Origin: Eledone cirrhosa
Taxonomy: Eukaryota
Assembly: GCA_964016885.1 (NCBI GenBank)
Contig: OZ024742.1
Coordinates: 7,502,001-7,566,000 of the forward strand
Direction: 5' to 3'
DNA length: 64,000 nucleotides
Shown: one piece after another, positions 1 to 13,524 of the stretch
How positions within the stretch are numbered: position 1 is the first letter of the stretch
How the letters are laid out: the number at the start of each line of letters is the position of its first letter
The notes under the pieces: generated by a model
The model's database searches: none
The model's input: only the letters and a program-made list of their open reading frames with translations
Told to the model about the DNA's origin: nothing
Translations under genes and position numbers: made by a program

Positions 1-3000
1 TGTTGTATGTTATGATGGTGGTGTTGTATGTTGTGATGTTGGTGCTGTATGTTGTGATGGTGGTGTTGTATGTTATGATGGTGGTGTTATATGTTGTGAT
101 GGTGGTGTTGTATGTCGTGATGGTGGTGTTGTATGTTATGATGGTGGTGTTATATGTTGTGATGGTGGTGTTGTATGTTGTGATGTTGGTATTGTATGTT
201 GTGATGGCGGTATTGTATGTTCTGATGGTGGTGATGTATGTTGTGATGGTGGTGATGTATGTTGTGATGGTAGTGATGTATGTTGTGATGGTGGTGTTGT
301 ATGTTGTGATGTTGGTATTGTATGTTGTGATGGTGGTGTTGTATTTTGTTATGGTGGTGATGTATGTTGTGATGGTGGTGATGTATGTTGTGATGGTGGT
401 GTTGTATGTTGTGATGGTGGTATTGTATGTTGTGATGTTTGTGTTGTATGTTATGATGGTGGTGTTGTATGTTGTGATGGTGGTGTTGTAGATCGTGATA
501 GTGGTGTTGTAGGTTGTGATGTTGGTATTGTATGTTGTGATGGTGGTGTTGTATGTTGTGATGGTGGTGTTGTATGTGTGATGGTGGTGTTGTATGTTGT
601 GATTGTGGTGTTGTATTTTGTGATGGTGGTGTTGTAGATTGTTATGGTGGTGTTGTATGTTGTGATGGTGGTGTTGTATGTTGTGATGGTGGTGTTGTAT
701 GTTGTGATGGTGGTGTTGTATGTTGTGATGGTGGTGTTTTATGTTGTGAAGGTTTTTGTTGTATGTTGTGATGGTGGTGTTGTATGTTGTGATGGTGGTG
801 TTGAAGATTGTGATGCTGGTGTTGTAGACTCTGATGGTGGCGTTGTATGTTGTGATGGTGGTGTTGTATGTTGTGATGGTGGTGATGTAGATTGTGATGG
901 TGGTGTTGTATGTTGTGCTGGTGGTGTTGTATGTCGTGATAGTGGTGGTGTATGTTGTGATGGTGGTGGTGTATTTTGTTATGGTGTTGTTGTATGTTGT
1001 GTTGGTGATGTTGTAGATTGTGATGGTGGTGTTGTATGTTGTGCTGGTGATGCAGTATGTTGTGATGGTGGTGTTGTAAATTGTGATGGTGATGCTGTAT
1101 GTTGTGATGGTGGTGTTGTAGATTGTGATGGTGGTGTTGTATGTTGTGATGGTGGTGTTGTAGATTGTGATGGTGGTGTTGTATGTTATGATGGTGGTGT
1201 TGTATGTTGTGATGGTGGTGTTGTATGTTGTGATGGTGGTGTTGTATGTTGTGATGGTGGTGTTGTATTTTGTGATGGTGATGCTGTATGTTGTGATGGT
1301 GGTGTTGTATGTTGTGATGGTGGTGTTGTATGTTGTGATGGTGGTGTTGTATTTTGTGATGGTGATGCTGTATGTTGTGATAGTGGTGATGGTGGTGTTG
1401 TATGTTATGATGGTGGTGTTGTATATTGTGATGGTGGTGTTGTAGATTGTGATGGTGGTGTTGTATGTTATGATGGTGGTGTTGTATGTTGTGATTGTGG
1501 TGTTGTATGTTGTGATGGTGGTGTTGTATGTTGTGATGGTGGTGTTGTATTTTGTGATGGTGATGCTGTATGTTGTGATGGTGGTGTTGTATGTTGTAAT
1601 AGTGGTGATGTATGTTGTGATGGTGGTGCTGTAGATTGTGATGGTGGTGTTGTATGTTGTGATGGTGGTGTTGTATGTTGTGATGGTGGTGTTGTAGATT
1701 GTGATGGTGATGTTGTATGTTTTGATGGTGGTGTTGTAGATTGTGATGGTGGTGTTGTATGTTATGATGGTGGTGTTGTATGTTGTGATGGTGGTGTTGT
1801 ATGTTCTGATTGTGGTGTTGAAGATTGTGGTGGTGGCGTTGTATTTTGTGATGGTGGTGTTGTATGTTGTGATGGTGGTGTTGTAGATTGTGTAGGTGGT
1901 GTTGTATGTTGTGATGGTGGTGTTGTATGTTGTGATGGTGGTGTTGTATGTTGTGATGGTGGTGATGTATGTTGTGATGTTGGTGTTGTATGTTGTTATG
2001 ATGGTGTTGTATGTTGTGAGGGTGGTGTTGTTTGTTGTGAAGGTGGTGTTGTATGTTGTGATGGTGGTGTTGTATTTTGTGATGGTAGTGTTGTAAGTTG
2101 TGCTGGTGGTGGTGTATGTTGTGATGGTGGTGTTGTATGTTGTCCTGGTTGTGTTGTATGTTGTGATGGTTGTGTTGTATGTTATGATGGTGGTGTTGTA
2201 CATTGTGATGGTGGTGTTGTATGTTGTGATGTTGGTATTTTATGTTGTGATGTTTGTGTTGTATGTTATGATGGTGGTGCTGTATGTTGTGATGGTGGTG
2301 TTGTAGATTGTGATGGTGGTGTTGTATGTTGTCCTGGTTGTGTTGTATGTTGTGATGGTGGTGTTGTATGTTGTGATGGTGGTGCTGTATGTTGTGATGG
2401 TGGTGTTGTATGTTGTGATGGTGGTGTTGTATGTTGTGATGGTGATGTTGTATGTTGTGATGGTGGTGTTGTATGTTGTGATGGTGGTGTTGTATGTTGT
2501 GATGGTGGTGTTGTATGTTGTGCTGGGGGTGTTGTATGTTGTGATGGTGGTGTTGTATTTTATGATGGTGGTGTTGTAGATTGTGATGGTGGTGTTGTAT
2601 GTTGTGATGGTAGTGTTGTATGTTGTGATGGTGGTGTTGTATGTTGTGATTGTGGTGTTGTATGTTGTGATGGTGGTGTTTTATGTTGTGATGGTGGTGT
2701 TGTAGATTGTGATGGTGGTGTTGTATCTTGTGATGGCTTTGTTGTATGTTGTGATGGTGGTGTTGTATTTTGTGATGGTGGTGTTGTTCGTTATGATGGT
2801 GGTGTTGTATGTTGTGATGGTGCTGTTGTATGTTGTGATGGTGGTGTTGAAGATTGTGATGGTGGTGTTGTATTTTGTGATGGTGGTGTTATAAGTTGTG
2901 CTGGTGGTGGTGTATGTTGTGATGGTGGTGTTGTATGTTGTGCTGGTGGTGTTGTATGTTGTGATGGTTGTGTTGTATGTTATGATGATGGTGTTGTATG

Positions 3001-6000
3001 TTGTGATGGTGCTTTTGTATGTTGTGATGTTGGTATTGTATGTTGTGATATTTGTGTTGTATGTTATGATGGTGCTGCTGTACGTTGTGATAGTGGTGTT
3101 GTAAGTTGTGCTGGTGGTGGTGTATGTTGTGATGGTGGTGTTGTATGTTGTGCTGGTGGTGTTGTATGTTGTGATGGTTGTGTTGTATGTTGTGATGGTG
3201 GTGTTGTATGTTGTGATGGTGGTGCTGTATGTTGTGCTGGAGGTGTTGTATGTTGTGATGGTGGTGTTGTATGTTGTGATGGTGGTGTTGTATGTTGTGA
3301 TGGTGGTGTTGTATTTTGTGATGGTGATGCTGTATGTTGTGATGGTGGTGTTGTATGTTGTGATGGTGGTGTTGTATGTTGTGATGGTGGTGTTGTATTT
3401 TGTGATGGTGCTGCTGTACGTTGTGATAGTGGTGTTGTAAGTTGTGCTGGTGGTGGTGTATGTTGTGATGGTGGTGTTGTATGTTCTGATTGTGGTGTTG
3501 AAGATTGTGGTGGTGGCGTTGTATTTTGTGATGGTGGTGTTGTATGTTGTGATGGTGGTGTTGTAGATTGTGTTGGTGGTGTTGTATGTTGTGATGGTGG
3601 TGTTGTATGTTGTGATGGTGGTGTTGTATGTTGTGATGGTGGTGTTGTATTTTGTGATGGTGATGCTGTATGTTGTGATAGTGGTGATGGTGGTGTTGTA
3701 TGTTATGATGGTGGTGTTGTATGTTGCGATGGTGGTGTTGTAGATTGTGATGGTGGTGTTGTATGTTATGATGGTGGTGTTGTATGTTGTGATTGTGGTG
3801 TTGTATGTTGTGATGGTGGTGTTGTATTTTGTGATGGTGATGCTGTATGTTGTGATGGTGGTGTTGTATGTTGTAATAGTGGTGATGTATGTTGTGATGG
3901 TGGTGCTGTAGATTGTGATGGTGGTGTTGTATGTTGTGATGGTGGTGTTGTATGTTGTGATGGTGGTGTTGTAGATTGTGATGGTGATGTTGTATGTTTT
4001 GATGGTGGTGTTTTAGATTGTGATGGTGGTGTTGTATGTTATGATGGTGGTGTTGTATGTTGTGATGGTGGTGTTGTATGTTCTTATTGTGGTGTTGAAG
4101 ATTGTGGTGGTGGCGTTGTATTTTGTGATGGTGGTGTTGTATGTTGTGATGGTGGTGTTGTAGATTGTGTTGGTGGTGTTGTATGTTGTGATGGTGGTGT
4201 TGTATGTTGTGATGGTGGTGTTGTATGTTGTGATGGTGGTGATGTATGTTGTGATGTTGGTGTTGTATGTTGTTATGATGGTGTTGTATGTTGTGAGGGT
4301 GGTGTTGTTTGTTGTGATGGTGGTGTTGTATGTTGTGAAGGTGGTGTTGTATGTTGTGATGGTGGTGTTGTATTTTGTGATGGTAGTGTTGTAAGTTGTG
4401 CTGGTGGTGGTGTATGTTGTGATGGTGGTGTTGTATGTTGTCCTGGTTGTGTTGTATGTTGTGATGGTTGTGTTGTATGTTATGATGGTGGTGTTGTACA
4501 TTGTGATGGTGGTGTTGTATGTTGTGATGTTGGTATTTTATGTTGTGATGTTTGTGTTGTATGTTATGATGGTGGTGCTGTATGTTGTGATGGTGGTGTT
4601 GTAGATTGTGATGGTGGTGTTGTATGTTGTGATGGTGGTGTTGTATGTTGTGATGGTGGTGCTGTATGTTGTGATGGTGGTGTTGTATGTTGTGATGGTG
4701 GTGTTGTATGTTGTGATGGTAATGTTGTATGTTGTGATGGTGGTGTTGTATGTTGTGATGGTGGTGTTGTATGTTGTGATGGTGGTGTTGTATGTTGTGC
4801 TGGGGGTGTTGTATGTTGTGATGGTGGTGTTGTATTTTATGATGGTGGTGTTGTAGATTGTGATGGTGGTGTTGTATGTTGTGATGGTAGTGTTGTATGT
4901 TGTGATGGTGGTGTTGTATGTTGTGATTGTGGTGTTGTATGTTGTGATGGTGGTGTTTTATGTTGTGATGGTGGTGTTGTAGATTGTGATGGTGGTGTTG
5001 TATCTTGTGATGGCTTTGTTGTATGTTGTGATGGTGGTGTTGTATTTTGTGATGGTGGTGTTGTTCGTTATGATGGTGGTGTTGTATGTTGTGATGGTGC
5101 TGTTGTATGTTGTGATGGTGGTGTTGAAGATTGTGATGGTGGTGTTGTATTTTGTGATGGTGGTGTTTTAAGTTGTGCTGTTGGTGGTGTATGTTGTGAT
5201 GGTGGTGTTGTATGTTGTGCTGGTGGTGTTGTATGTTGTGATGGTTGTGTTGTATGTTATGATGATGGTGTTGTATGTTGTGATGGTGCTTTTGTATGTT
5301 GTGATGTTGGTATTGTATGTTGTGATATTTGTGTTGTATGTTATGATGGTGGTGCTGTACGTTGTGATAGTGGTGTTGTAAGTTGTGCTGGTGGTGGTGT
5401 ATGTTGTGATGGTGGTGTTGTATGTTGTGCTGGTGGTGTTGTATGTTGTGATGGTTGTGTTGTATGTTGTGATGGTGGTGTTGTATGTTGTGATGGTGGT
5501 GCTGTATATTGTGCTGGAGGTGTTGTATGTTGTGATGGTGGTGTTGTATGTTGTGATGGTGGTGTTGTATGTTGTGATGGTGGTGTTGTATTTTGTGATG
5601 GTGATGCTGTATGTTGTGATGGTGGTGTTGTATGTTGTGATGGTGGTGTTGTATGTTGTGATGGTGGTGTTGTATTTTGTGATGGTGATGCTGTATGTTG
5701 TGATAGTGGTGATGGTGGTGTTGTATGTTATGATGGTGGTGTTGTATGTTGTGATGGTGGTGTTGTAGATTGTGATGGTGGTGTTGTATGTTATGATAGT
5801 GGTGTTGTATGTTGTGATTGTGGTGTTGTATGTTGTGATGGTGGTGTTGTATGTTGTGATGGTGGTGTTGTATTTTGTGATGGTGATGCTGTATGTTGTG
5901 ATGGTGGTGTTGTATGTTGTAATAGTGGTGTTGTATGTTGTGATGGTGGTGTTGTATGTTGTGATGGTGGTGTTGTAGATTGTGATGGTGATGTTGTATG

Positions 6001-7610
6001 TTGTGATGGTGGTGTTGTAGATTGTGATGGTGGTGTTGTATGTTATGATGGTGGTGTTGTATGTTGTGATGGTGGTGTTGTATGTTCTGATTGTGGTGTT
6101 GAAGATTGTGGTGGAGGCGTTGTATTTTGTGATGGTGGTGTTGTATGTTGTGATGGTGGTGTTGTAGATTGTGTTGGTGGTGTTGTATGTTGTGATGGTG
6201 GTGTTGTATGTTGTGATGGTGGTGTTGTATGTTGTGATGGTGGTGATGTATGTTGTGATGTTGGTGTTGTATGTTGTTATGATGGTGTTGTATGTTGTGA
6301 GGGTGGTGTTGTTTGTTGTGATGGTGGTGTTGTATGTTGTGAAGGTGGTGTTGTATGTTGTGATGGTGGTGTTGTATTTTGTGATGGTAGTGTTGTAAGT
6401 TGTGCTGGTGGTGGTGTATGTTGTGATGGTGGTGTTGTATGTTGTCCTGGTTGTGTTGTATGTTGTGATGGTTGTGTTGTATGTTATGATGGTGGTGTTG
6501 TACATTGTGATGGTGGTGTTGTATGTTGTGATGTTGGTATTTTATGTTGTGATGTTTGTGTTGTATGTTATGATGGTGGTGCTGTATGTTGTGATGGTGG
6601 TGTTGTAGATTGTGATGGTGGTGTTGTATGTTGTCCTGGTTGTGTTGTATGTTGTGATGGTGGTGTTGTATGTTGTGATGGTGGTGCTGTATGTTGTGAT
6701 GGTGGTGTTGTATGTTGTGATGGTGGTGTTGTATGTTGTGATGGTGATGTTGTATGTTGTGATGGTGGTGTTGTATGTTGTGATGGTGGTGTTGTATGTT
6801 GTGATGGTGGTGTTGTATGTTGTGCTGGGGGTGTTGTATGTTGTGATGGTGGTGTTGTATTTTATGATGGTGGTGTTGTAGATTGTGATGGTGGTGTTGT
6901 ATGTTGTGATGGTAGTGTTGTATGTTGTGATGGTGGTGTTGTATGTTGTGATTGTGGTGTTGTATGTTGTGATGGTGGTGTTTTATGTTGTGATGGTGGT
7001 GTTGTAGATTGTGATGGTGGTGTTGTATCTTGTGATGGCTTTGTTGTATGTTGTGATGGTGGTGTTGTATTTTGTGATGGTGGTGTTGTTCGTTATGATG
7101 GTGGTGTTGTATGTTGTGATGGTGCTGTTGTATGTTGTGATGGTGGTGTTGAAGATTGTGATGGTGGTGTTGTATTTTGTGATGGTGGTGTTTTAAGTTG
7201 TGCTGGTGGTGGTGTATGTTGTGATGGTGGTGTTGTATGTTGTGCTGGTGGTGTTGTATGTTGTGATGGTTGTGTTGTATGTTATGATGATGGTGTTGTA
7301 TGTTGTGATGGTGCTTTTGTATGTTGTGATGTTGGTATTGTATGTTGTGATATTTGTGTTGTATGTTATGATGGTGGTGCTGTACGTTGTGATAGTGGTG
7401 TTGTAAGTTGTGCTGGTGGTGGTGTATGTTGTGATGGTGGTGTTGTATGTTGTGCTGGTGGTGTTGTATGTTGTGATGGTTGTGTTGTATGTTGTGATGG
7501 TGGTGTTGTATGTTGTGATGGTGGTGCTGTATGTTGTGCTGGAGGTGTTGTATGTTGTGATGGTGGTGTTGTATGTTGTGATGGTGGTGTTGTATGTTGT
7601 GATGCTGTTT
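1..7610. repeat. 21-bp tandem satellite (GATGGTGGTGTTGTATGTTGT)n with about 2.0-2.3 kb higher-order repeats
   Basis: The 21-nt unit is seen directly. Rare variant units recur in the same order: CATTGTG at about 2201/4499/6503, TGCTGGGGGT at 2521/4798/6823, TCTTGTGATGGCTTT at 2726/5003/7028. Confidence 0.97.
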
Positions 7611-7964
7611 GTGCTGCTATAGCAACTACAAGTAGATGAAATATAGAATATCTTGAAAGAGGAGGAGGAGGACAGTTGAAGTGTGTTTGTCCACACAAGT
7701 GAGTGGAAGAAGAGAATAAAGACAGGTGATGTACAAGGTAAGTTTACACATCTTCATCAGGTCTGAAACCAACGAAATACTTTTTCATGATCTCTCTCCT
7801 TTCAGGCATTTTTGCACATCGCTCTCATTGGCAGCATTTGACTGTTTTAACGGTTGTTCTATCGAGGAGGTTGTTCTTTCTCATTTTTATATGAATATAT
7901 ATGTAATCGGTACAGTATATGAAAGGTAGATATTAGGTTAACGCTTGATATAGCAGGAAGAGGG

Positions 7965-8000
7965 TCTTAACGTTTCGGACGCTAGTCCTTCATCAGAAGA
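7965..8000 (-). ncRNA. Minimal type I hammerhead ribozyme (PLE-type) in a pLTR-like fragment
   Basis: Minus strand reads TCTT-CTGATGA-A-GGAC tagc GTCC-GAAA-CG-T-T-AAGA: intact core, 4-bp stems I and II, palindromic ACGT stem III, GUU site. Confidence 0.8.
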
Positions 8001-8237
8001 AAGAATGAGAAAGAAGATAGATTGAGGGGACGGGCGGGATGGAATTGGAAAACATGTCTTTAGATATTGAAGGTACTAGGGTGGGAGTGAAAAATAGACG
8101 GGTGAGAACTAAAAGGTGGTGTAAGAATATTGTAGTAGAGGAAAAGAGGTAGAGAGTCGTGCAATATTTAAATGCAAGAAGCAAAGAAAGTTTCAGTGAT
8201 ACGAAAGAATTCCTGGTGGAAGTTCAGGTGTACTCCT

Positions 8238-8432
<195 letters not shown>

Positions 8433-8434
<2 letters not shown>

Positions 8435-8683
8435 TCCCCGAATTCAATCGAGGTAATCACAGTAAATAAGGTACTAAATATAATTAGTAGTGTGTAAACA
8501 TCAAATTTTATATAGAAATGGCTTCTACAGGTCTAGAACTCTTTCAATGGAAGGAAATCACCAGGAAAGCCGACTCTCATTGTAAAACTGTGGTATTACA
8601 ATGACAGTCGGCTTTCCTGGAGATTTCCTTCGAATGAAACATGTCTAGTCCTGTAGAAGCCATTTCAATATTAAATTTGATGT
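8433..8683. mobile_element. Fold-back PLE pLTR remnant with degenerate HHR core
   Basis: Inverted arms at about 8498-8585 and 8597-8683. The right arm has CTGGAGA-TTTCCTTCGAAT-GAAA-CATG-TC (8617-8645). Homologous to the 13.2 kb palindrome. Confidence 0.7.
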
Positions 8684-9022
8684 ATATATATTCATACTGA
8701 CATTTCTAATTCAGGTTTATCAATGCAAATACGATATCGTTTAGCTATTCTGTGTTATTAATAGTGAGTTAGCAAGGTCGACCCCTGGTGATTAAAACCA
8801 AATCGTGCAATATTAAAAAGCACACCATATATATTATTATGTAATATAGGGTACATATATTATGTCTATACCTCCATTTCCACTGTCTCTCGTAAAACTG
8901 AAACATATATCTTTACATCGGCCTTGTTAATGGTATTCATTTCAACACTAATAGTCCTTCTGTATTTTCCTGGTATAATCTCTCCTATGTGTATTAGATT
9001 AAACCATTACGTATATATATAT

Positions 9023-9619
9023 ATGGTGGCTGCCAACTCGTTTTCGAGTACGGCCACTACTTTATATCCATGTAGGAGAACCCCTACCGATGCGCTGAAC
9101 AAGTGTGACTTTTTAGTCCAGCCAGCGACTTGAAAACTCTGGTACAAACACTACACTTGTGACAATTATTGACACATAGTGCTGGGCCCATGGTACCATG
9201 TGACGACAAGTGCAGAGAGATCTCCAGATATAAAGCAATGCCTGTGCTGTGAAGCTTTTATAGTGAGCAAAGGCACTGCACAAAGCCAGTCCCACTCTCT
9301 TAACCAAGATGATATTTACCAAAAAGAAGAACAAGTCAACATCATTGGAAACCATCAGGGTTGCAGGTGTTATATCAGAGTTTTCCTTCTCCTAGAATTC
9401 TGCCTTGACAAAGGCTAAGGGGTCATCTCTCCTGGTGATTTTGGATGGCCATTGACTCTTAAGAGCTCCTTTGCCCTTTGACAGGTTTTGTTTTTAGTCC
9501 TGCAGGATGTCCAAAGTCACCCTCCTCACCGAGAAACCTTGGTGGGGTTGCCAGTTTAGTCGCCAACGACCCGACCATGGGACAGGTTGTACTGGGATAC
9601 ATGTTACCAGTAGCACCAA
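9023..9619 (-). mobile_element. Non-autonomous bipartite RTE-derived element, copy 1
   Basis: About 600-bp interspersed repeat with an RTE 5'-like block (CTAGGAGAAGGAAAACTC), a C2H2 remnant, the 3' hairpin CTCG-AAAA-CGAG and a simple-repeat tail. Confidence 0.85.
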
Positions 9620-9742
9620 TATACATACATATATATATACATACATACATATATACATACATATATATATATACATACATATATATATACATACATATAT
9701 ATATACATACATATATATATACATACATATATATATATATAT

Positions 9743-9775
<33 letters not shown>

Positions 9776-10272
9776 CATACATATATATATATATATATAC
9801 ATACATATATATATATACATATATATACATATACATACACATATACATATATATACACATATATACATATATATATACATACATACATACATATATATAC
9901 ATACATACATATACATACATACATATATATACATATACATACATATATATATATATATACACACACATACATATATACATATACATACATACATATATAC
10001 ATATACATACATACATATATACATATACATACATATATATATATACATACATATATATATACATACACACACATATATATACATATACATATATATATAT
10101 ACATACATATATATACATATACATACACACACATATACATATACACACATATACACACATACACACATATACATACATACATATATATACATACATACAT
10201 ATACATATATATATACATATATATACATACATATATATATATATACATACACATATATATATATACATATAC

Positions 10273-10305
<33 letters not shown>

Positions 10306-10308
10306 CAT

Positions 10309-10341
<33 letters not shown>

Positions 10342-10740
10342 TAAATATACATACATACATATACATATATACATACATACATATATATATATACATACAT
10401 ACATATATATATATATACACACATATATATATACACATATACATACATATATATATATATACATACATATATATATATATATATACATACATATATACAC
10501 ATATATATACATACATATATATATATACATACATACATATATATATATACATACATATATATATACACATACATATATAAATATACATACATATATATAT
10601 ACACACATACATATACATACATATATATACATACACATACACACACATACACATATATATATATACATACATATACATATATATACATACATATATATAT
10701 ATATATACATACACACATATACATACATACATATATACAT
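9620..10740. repeat. Mixed (TA)n/(TACA)n microsatellite
   Basis: Direct inspection; source of the YI/MY ORFs. Confidence 0.95.
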
Positions 10741-11350
10741 ATGGTGGCTGCCAACTCGTTTTCGAGTACGGCCACTACTTTATATCCATGTAGGAGAACC
10801 CCTACCGATGCGCTGAACGAGTGTGACTTTTTAGTCCAGTCAGCGACTTGAAAACTCTGGCACAGATACCCAACTTGTGACCATTATTGACACATAGTGC
10901 TGGGCCCATGGTATCATGTGATGACAAGTGCAGAGATATCTCCAGATATAAAGCAATGCCTGTGCCGTGAAGCTTTTATAGTGAGCAAAGGCACTGCACA
11001 AAGCCAGTCCCACTCTCTTAACCAAGATGATATTTACCAAAAAGAAGAACAAGTCAACATCATTGGATACCATCAGGGTTGCAGGTGTTATATCAGAGTT
11101 TTCCTTCTCCTAGAATTCTGCCTTGACAAAGGCTAAGGGGTCATCTCTCCCTGTGATTTTGGATGGCCATTGACTCTTAAGAGCTCCTTTGCCCTTTGAC
11201 AGGTCTTGTTTTTAGTCCTGCAGGATGTCCAAAGTCACCCTCCTCACCAAGAAACCTTGGTGGGGTTGCCAGTTTAGTCGCCAACGACCCGACCATGAGA
11301 CAGGTTGTACTGGGATGCATGTTACCAGTAGCACCAACTGGTGACCTGAC
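10741..11350 (-). mobile_element. Non-autonomous RTE-derived element, copy 2 (full length)
   Basis: Near-identical to 9023-9619, extends to a 5' end GGTCACCAGTTGG. Confidence 0.85.
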
Positions 11351-11416
11351 ATAAACATACATACATACATACATACATACATACATACATACATACATAC
11401 ATACATACATACATAC

Positions 11417-11932
11417 ATGGTGGCTGCCAACTCGTTTTCGAGTATGGCCACTACTTTATATCCATGTAGGAGAACTCCTACCGATGCGCTGAACGAGTGT
11501 GACTTTTTAGTCCAGCCAGCGACTTGAAAACTCTGGTACAAACACTACACTTGTGACAATTATTGACACAGCGCTGGGCCCATGGTACCATGTGATGACA
11601 AATGCAGAGAGATCTCCAGATATAAAGCAATGCCTGTGCCGTGAAGCTTTTATAGTGAGCAAAGGCACTGCACAAAGCCAGTCCCACTCTCTTAACCAAG
11701 ATGATATTTACCAAAAAGAAGAACAAGTCAACATCATTGGATACCATCAGAGTTGCAGGTGTTATATCAGAGTTTTCCTTCTCCTAGAATTCTGCCTTGA
11801 CAAAGGCTAAGGGGTCATCTCTCCCGGTGATTTTGGATGGCCACTGACTCTTAAGAGCTCCTTTGCCCTTTGACAGGTTTTGTTTTTAGTCCTGCAGGAT
11901 GTCCAAAGTCACCCTCCTCACCAAGAAACCTT
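11417..11932 (-). mobile_element. Non-autonomous RTE-derived element, copy 3 (5' truncated)
   Basis: Same repeat; translation [26 protein letters not shown]; (ATGT)n tail at 11351-11416. Confidence 0.85.
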
Positions 11933-11959
11933 TATATATATATATATATATATATAAAT

Positions 11960-12027
<68 letters not shown>

Positions 12028-12037
12028 ACACACATAC

Positions 12038-12118
<81 letters not shown>

Positions 12119-12162
12119 TATATACATACATACAGACACACACACATATATATGTATATATA

Positions 12163-12361
12163 TAGGAACGAGTAAGACTCCGACGGCTGAGCTCAAGCCG
12201 TTTCGACGGCTAATTCTGGACCGTCCAGAATTACCCGTTGAAACGGCTTGAGCTCAGACGTCGGGGTCCTACTCGTTCCTATTACCCACTCTACTACCCT
12301 AAGTATTGAGTACTTTGGTGCGTTATGGTCCACCTGGTTCCTTACCACATTTCCTTCGTTA
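12163..12361. mobile_element. Short hairpin (fold-back) element with one-sided tail, copy 1 of 3
   Basis: Palindrome 12163-12281 (TAGGAACGAGTA...TACTCGTTCCTA) plus an 80-nt tail, between (TA)n runs. Relatives at 37669 and 63456. Confidence 0.8.
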
Positions 12362-12393
12362 TGTATATATATATATATATAAAATATATATAT

Positions 12394-12461
<68 letters not shown>

Positions 12462-13026
12462 ATGTGTGTGTGTGTGTGTATTATATATATCAAAGGTATG
12501 TATACAAACCAATCAAGAAGGAGAGATAGGAGTTTAGTTGTGAGAACTATAAGCCAGTAGTGAAATGGACAGTGTGCTCAATTCGTATAAAGTCCAAGAC
12601 AAGCTATCAATGAAAGAAAGCGAGAGAAATAAATTAATTCGGAATTGTATTCTCTAACAATATAATTTATATTATTACAACAGCCAAGAACAATAGGTAT
12701 ATGAGAACAAAAGGGAAGAACATTGCGAGTCAGTGGAAATAAATCCGAAGATCTTTGCAAAAAAATCAATGTGTTACTTCTACGCAGACATTCCAATATA
12801 TTTCGACTGACCAGCAATTTACTTCCCGTTTTTTTAGCACTCTTTGAGACACACACACACGTGTGTGTGTCGTGCCCATGGAGGAAACGTACTACTCGTT
12901 GCCGGTATCAAACTCGCAAACACATGTTTATGAACCATACACTGAAGCCACTAAATCACACACACATATATATATATAATATTTATATAAATATACACGT
13001 GTGTTTATATATATAAGTATATATAC

Positions 13027-13150
<124 letters not shown>

Positions 13151-13156
13151 ATAAAA

Positions 13157-13195
<39 letters not shown>

Positions 13196-13196
<1 letters not shown>

Positions 13197-13461
13197 GTTA
13201 TTCTGGGTCGAATCAGAGGTAACCACAGTAAGTAAGGTACTCAATACATTGCAGAGTATAAAAGTTTTAATATAGATGAGATTCTACAGGACTAGAACTG
13301 TTTCACTCTTTAGAAATCATCAGGAATCTCATTCCTGATGATTTCTAAAGAGTGAAACAGTTCTAGTCCTGTAGAATCTCATCTATATTAAAACTTTTAT
13401 ACTCTGCAATGTATTGAGTACCTTACTTACTGTGGTTACCTCTGATTCAACCCAGAATAAC

Positions 13462-13462
<1 letters not shown>
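13196..13462. mobile_element. Near-perfect 267-bp palindrome with an HHR-like core in each arm
   Basis: Arms are reverse complements with about 1 mismatch. CTGATGA-TTTCTAAAGAGT-GAAA-CAGTTC at 13335-13363. (TA)n on both sides. Stem I is weak. Confidence 0.8.

Positions 13463-13524
<62 letters not shown>

Noticed and set aside
644-7639. 2331-aa Cys/Gly/Val ORF as a real gene
   Set aside because: It is the translation of a 21-bp satellite, has no unique domain, and the substitution pattern is not synonymous-biased.
7623-7743. Host exon ending at the strong donor AAG|GTAAGT (7737/7738)
   Set aside because: No good acceptor with an open frame and no partner exons were found; it cannot be supported without RNA data.
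9113-9418. Recurring 80-aa ORFs (MVSNDVDL..., MLGPWYHV...) as a gene family or toxin-antitoxin pair
   Set aside because: They are incidental frames within a multicopy non-autonomous retroelement.
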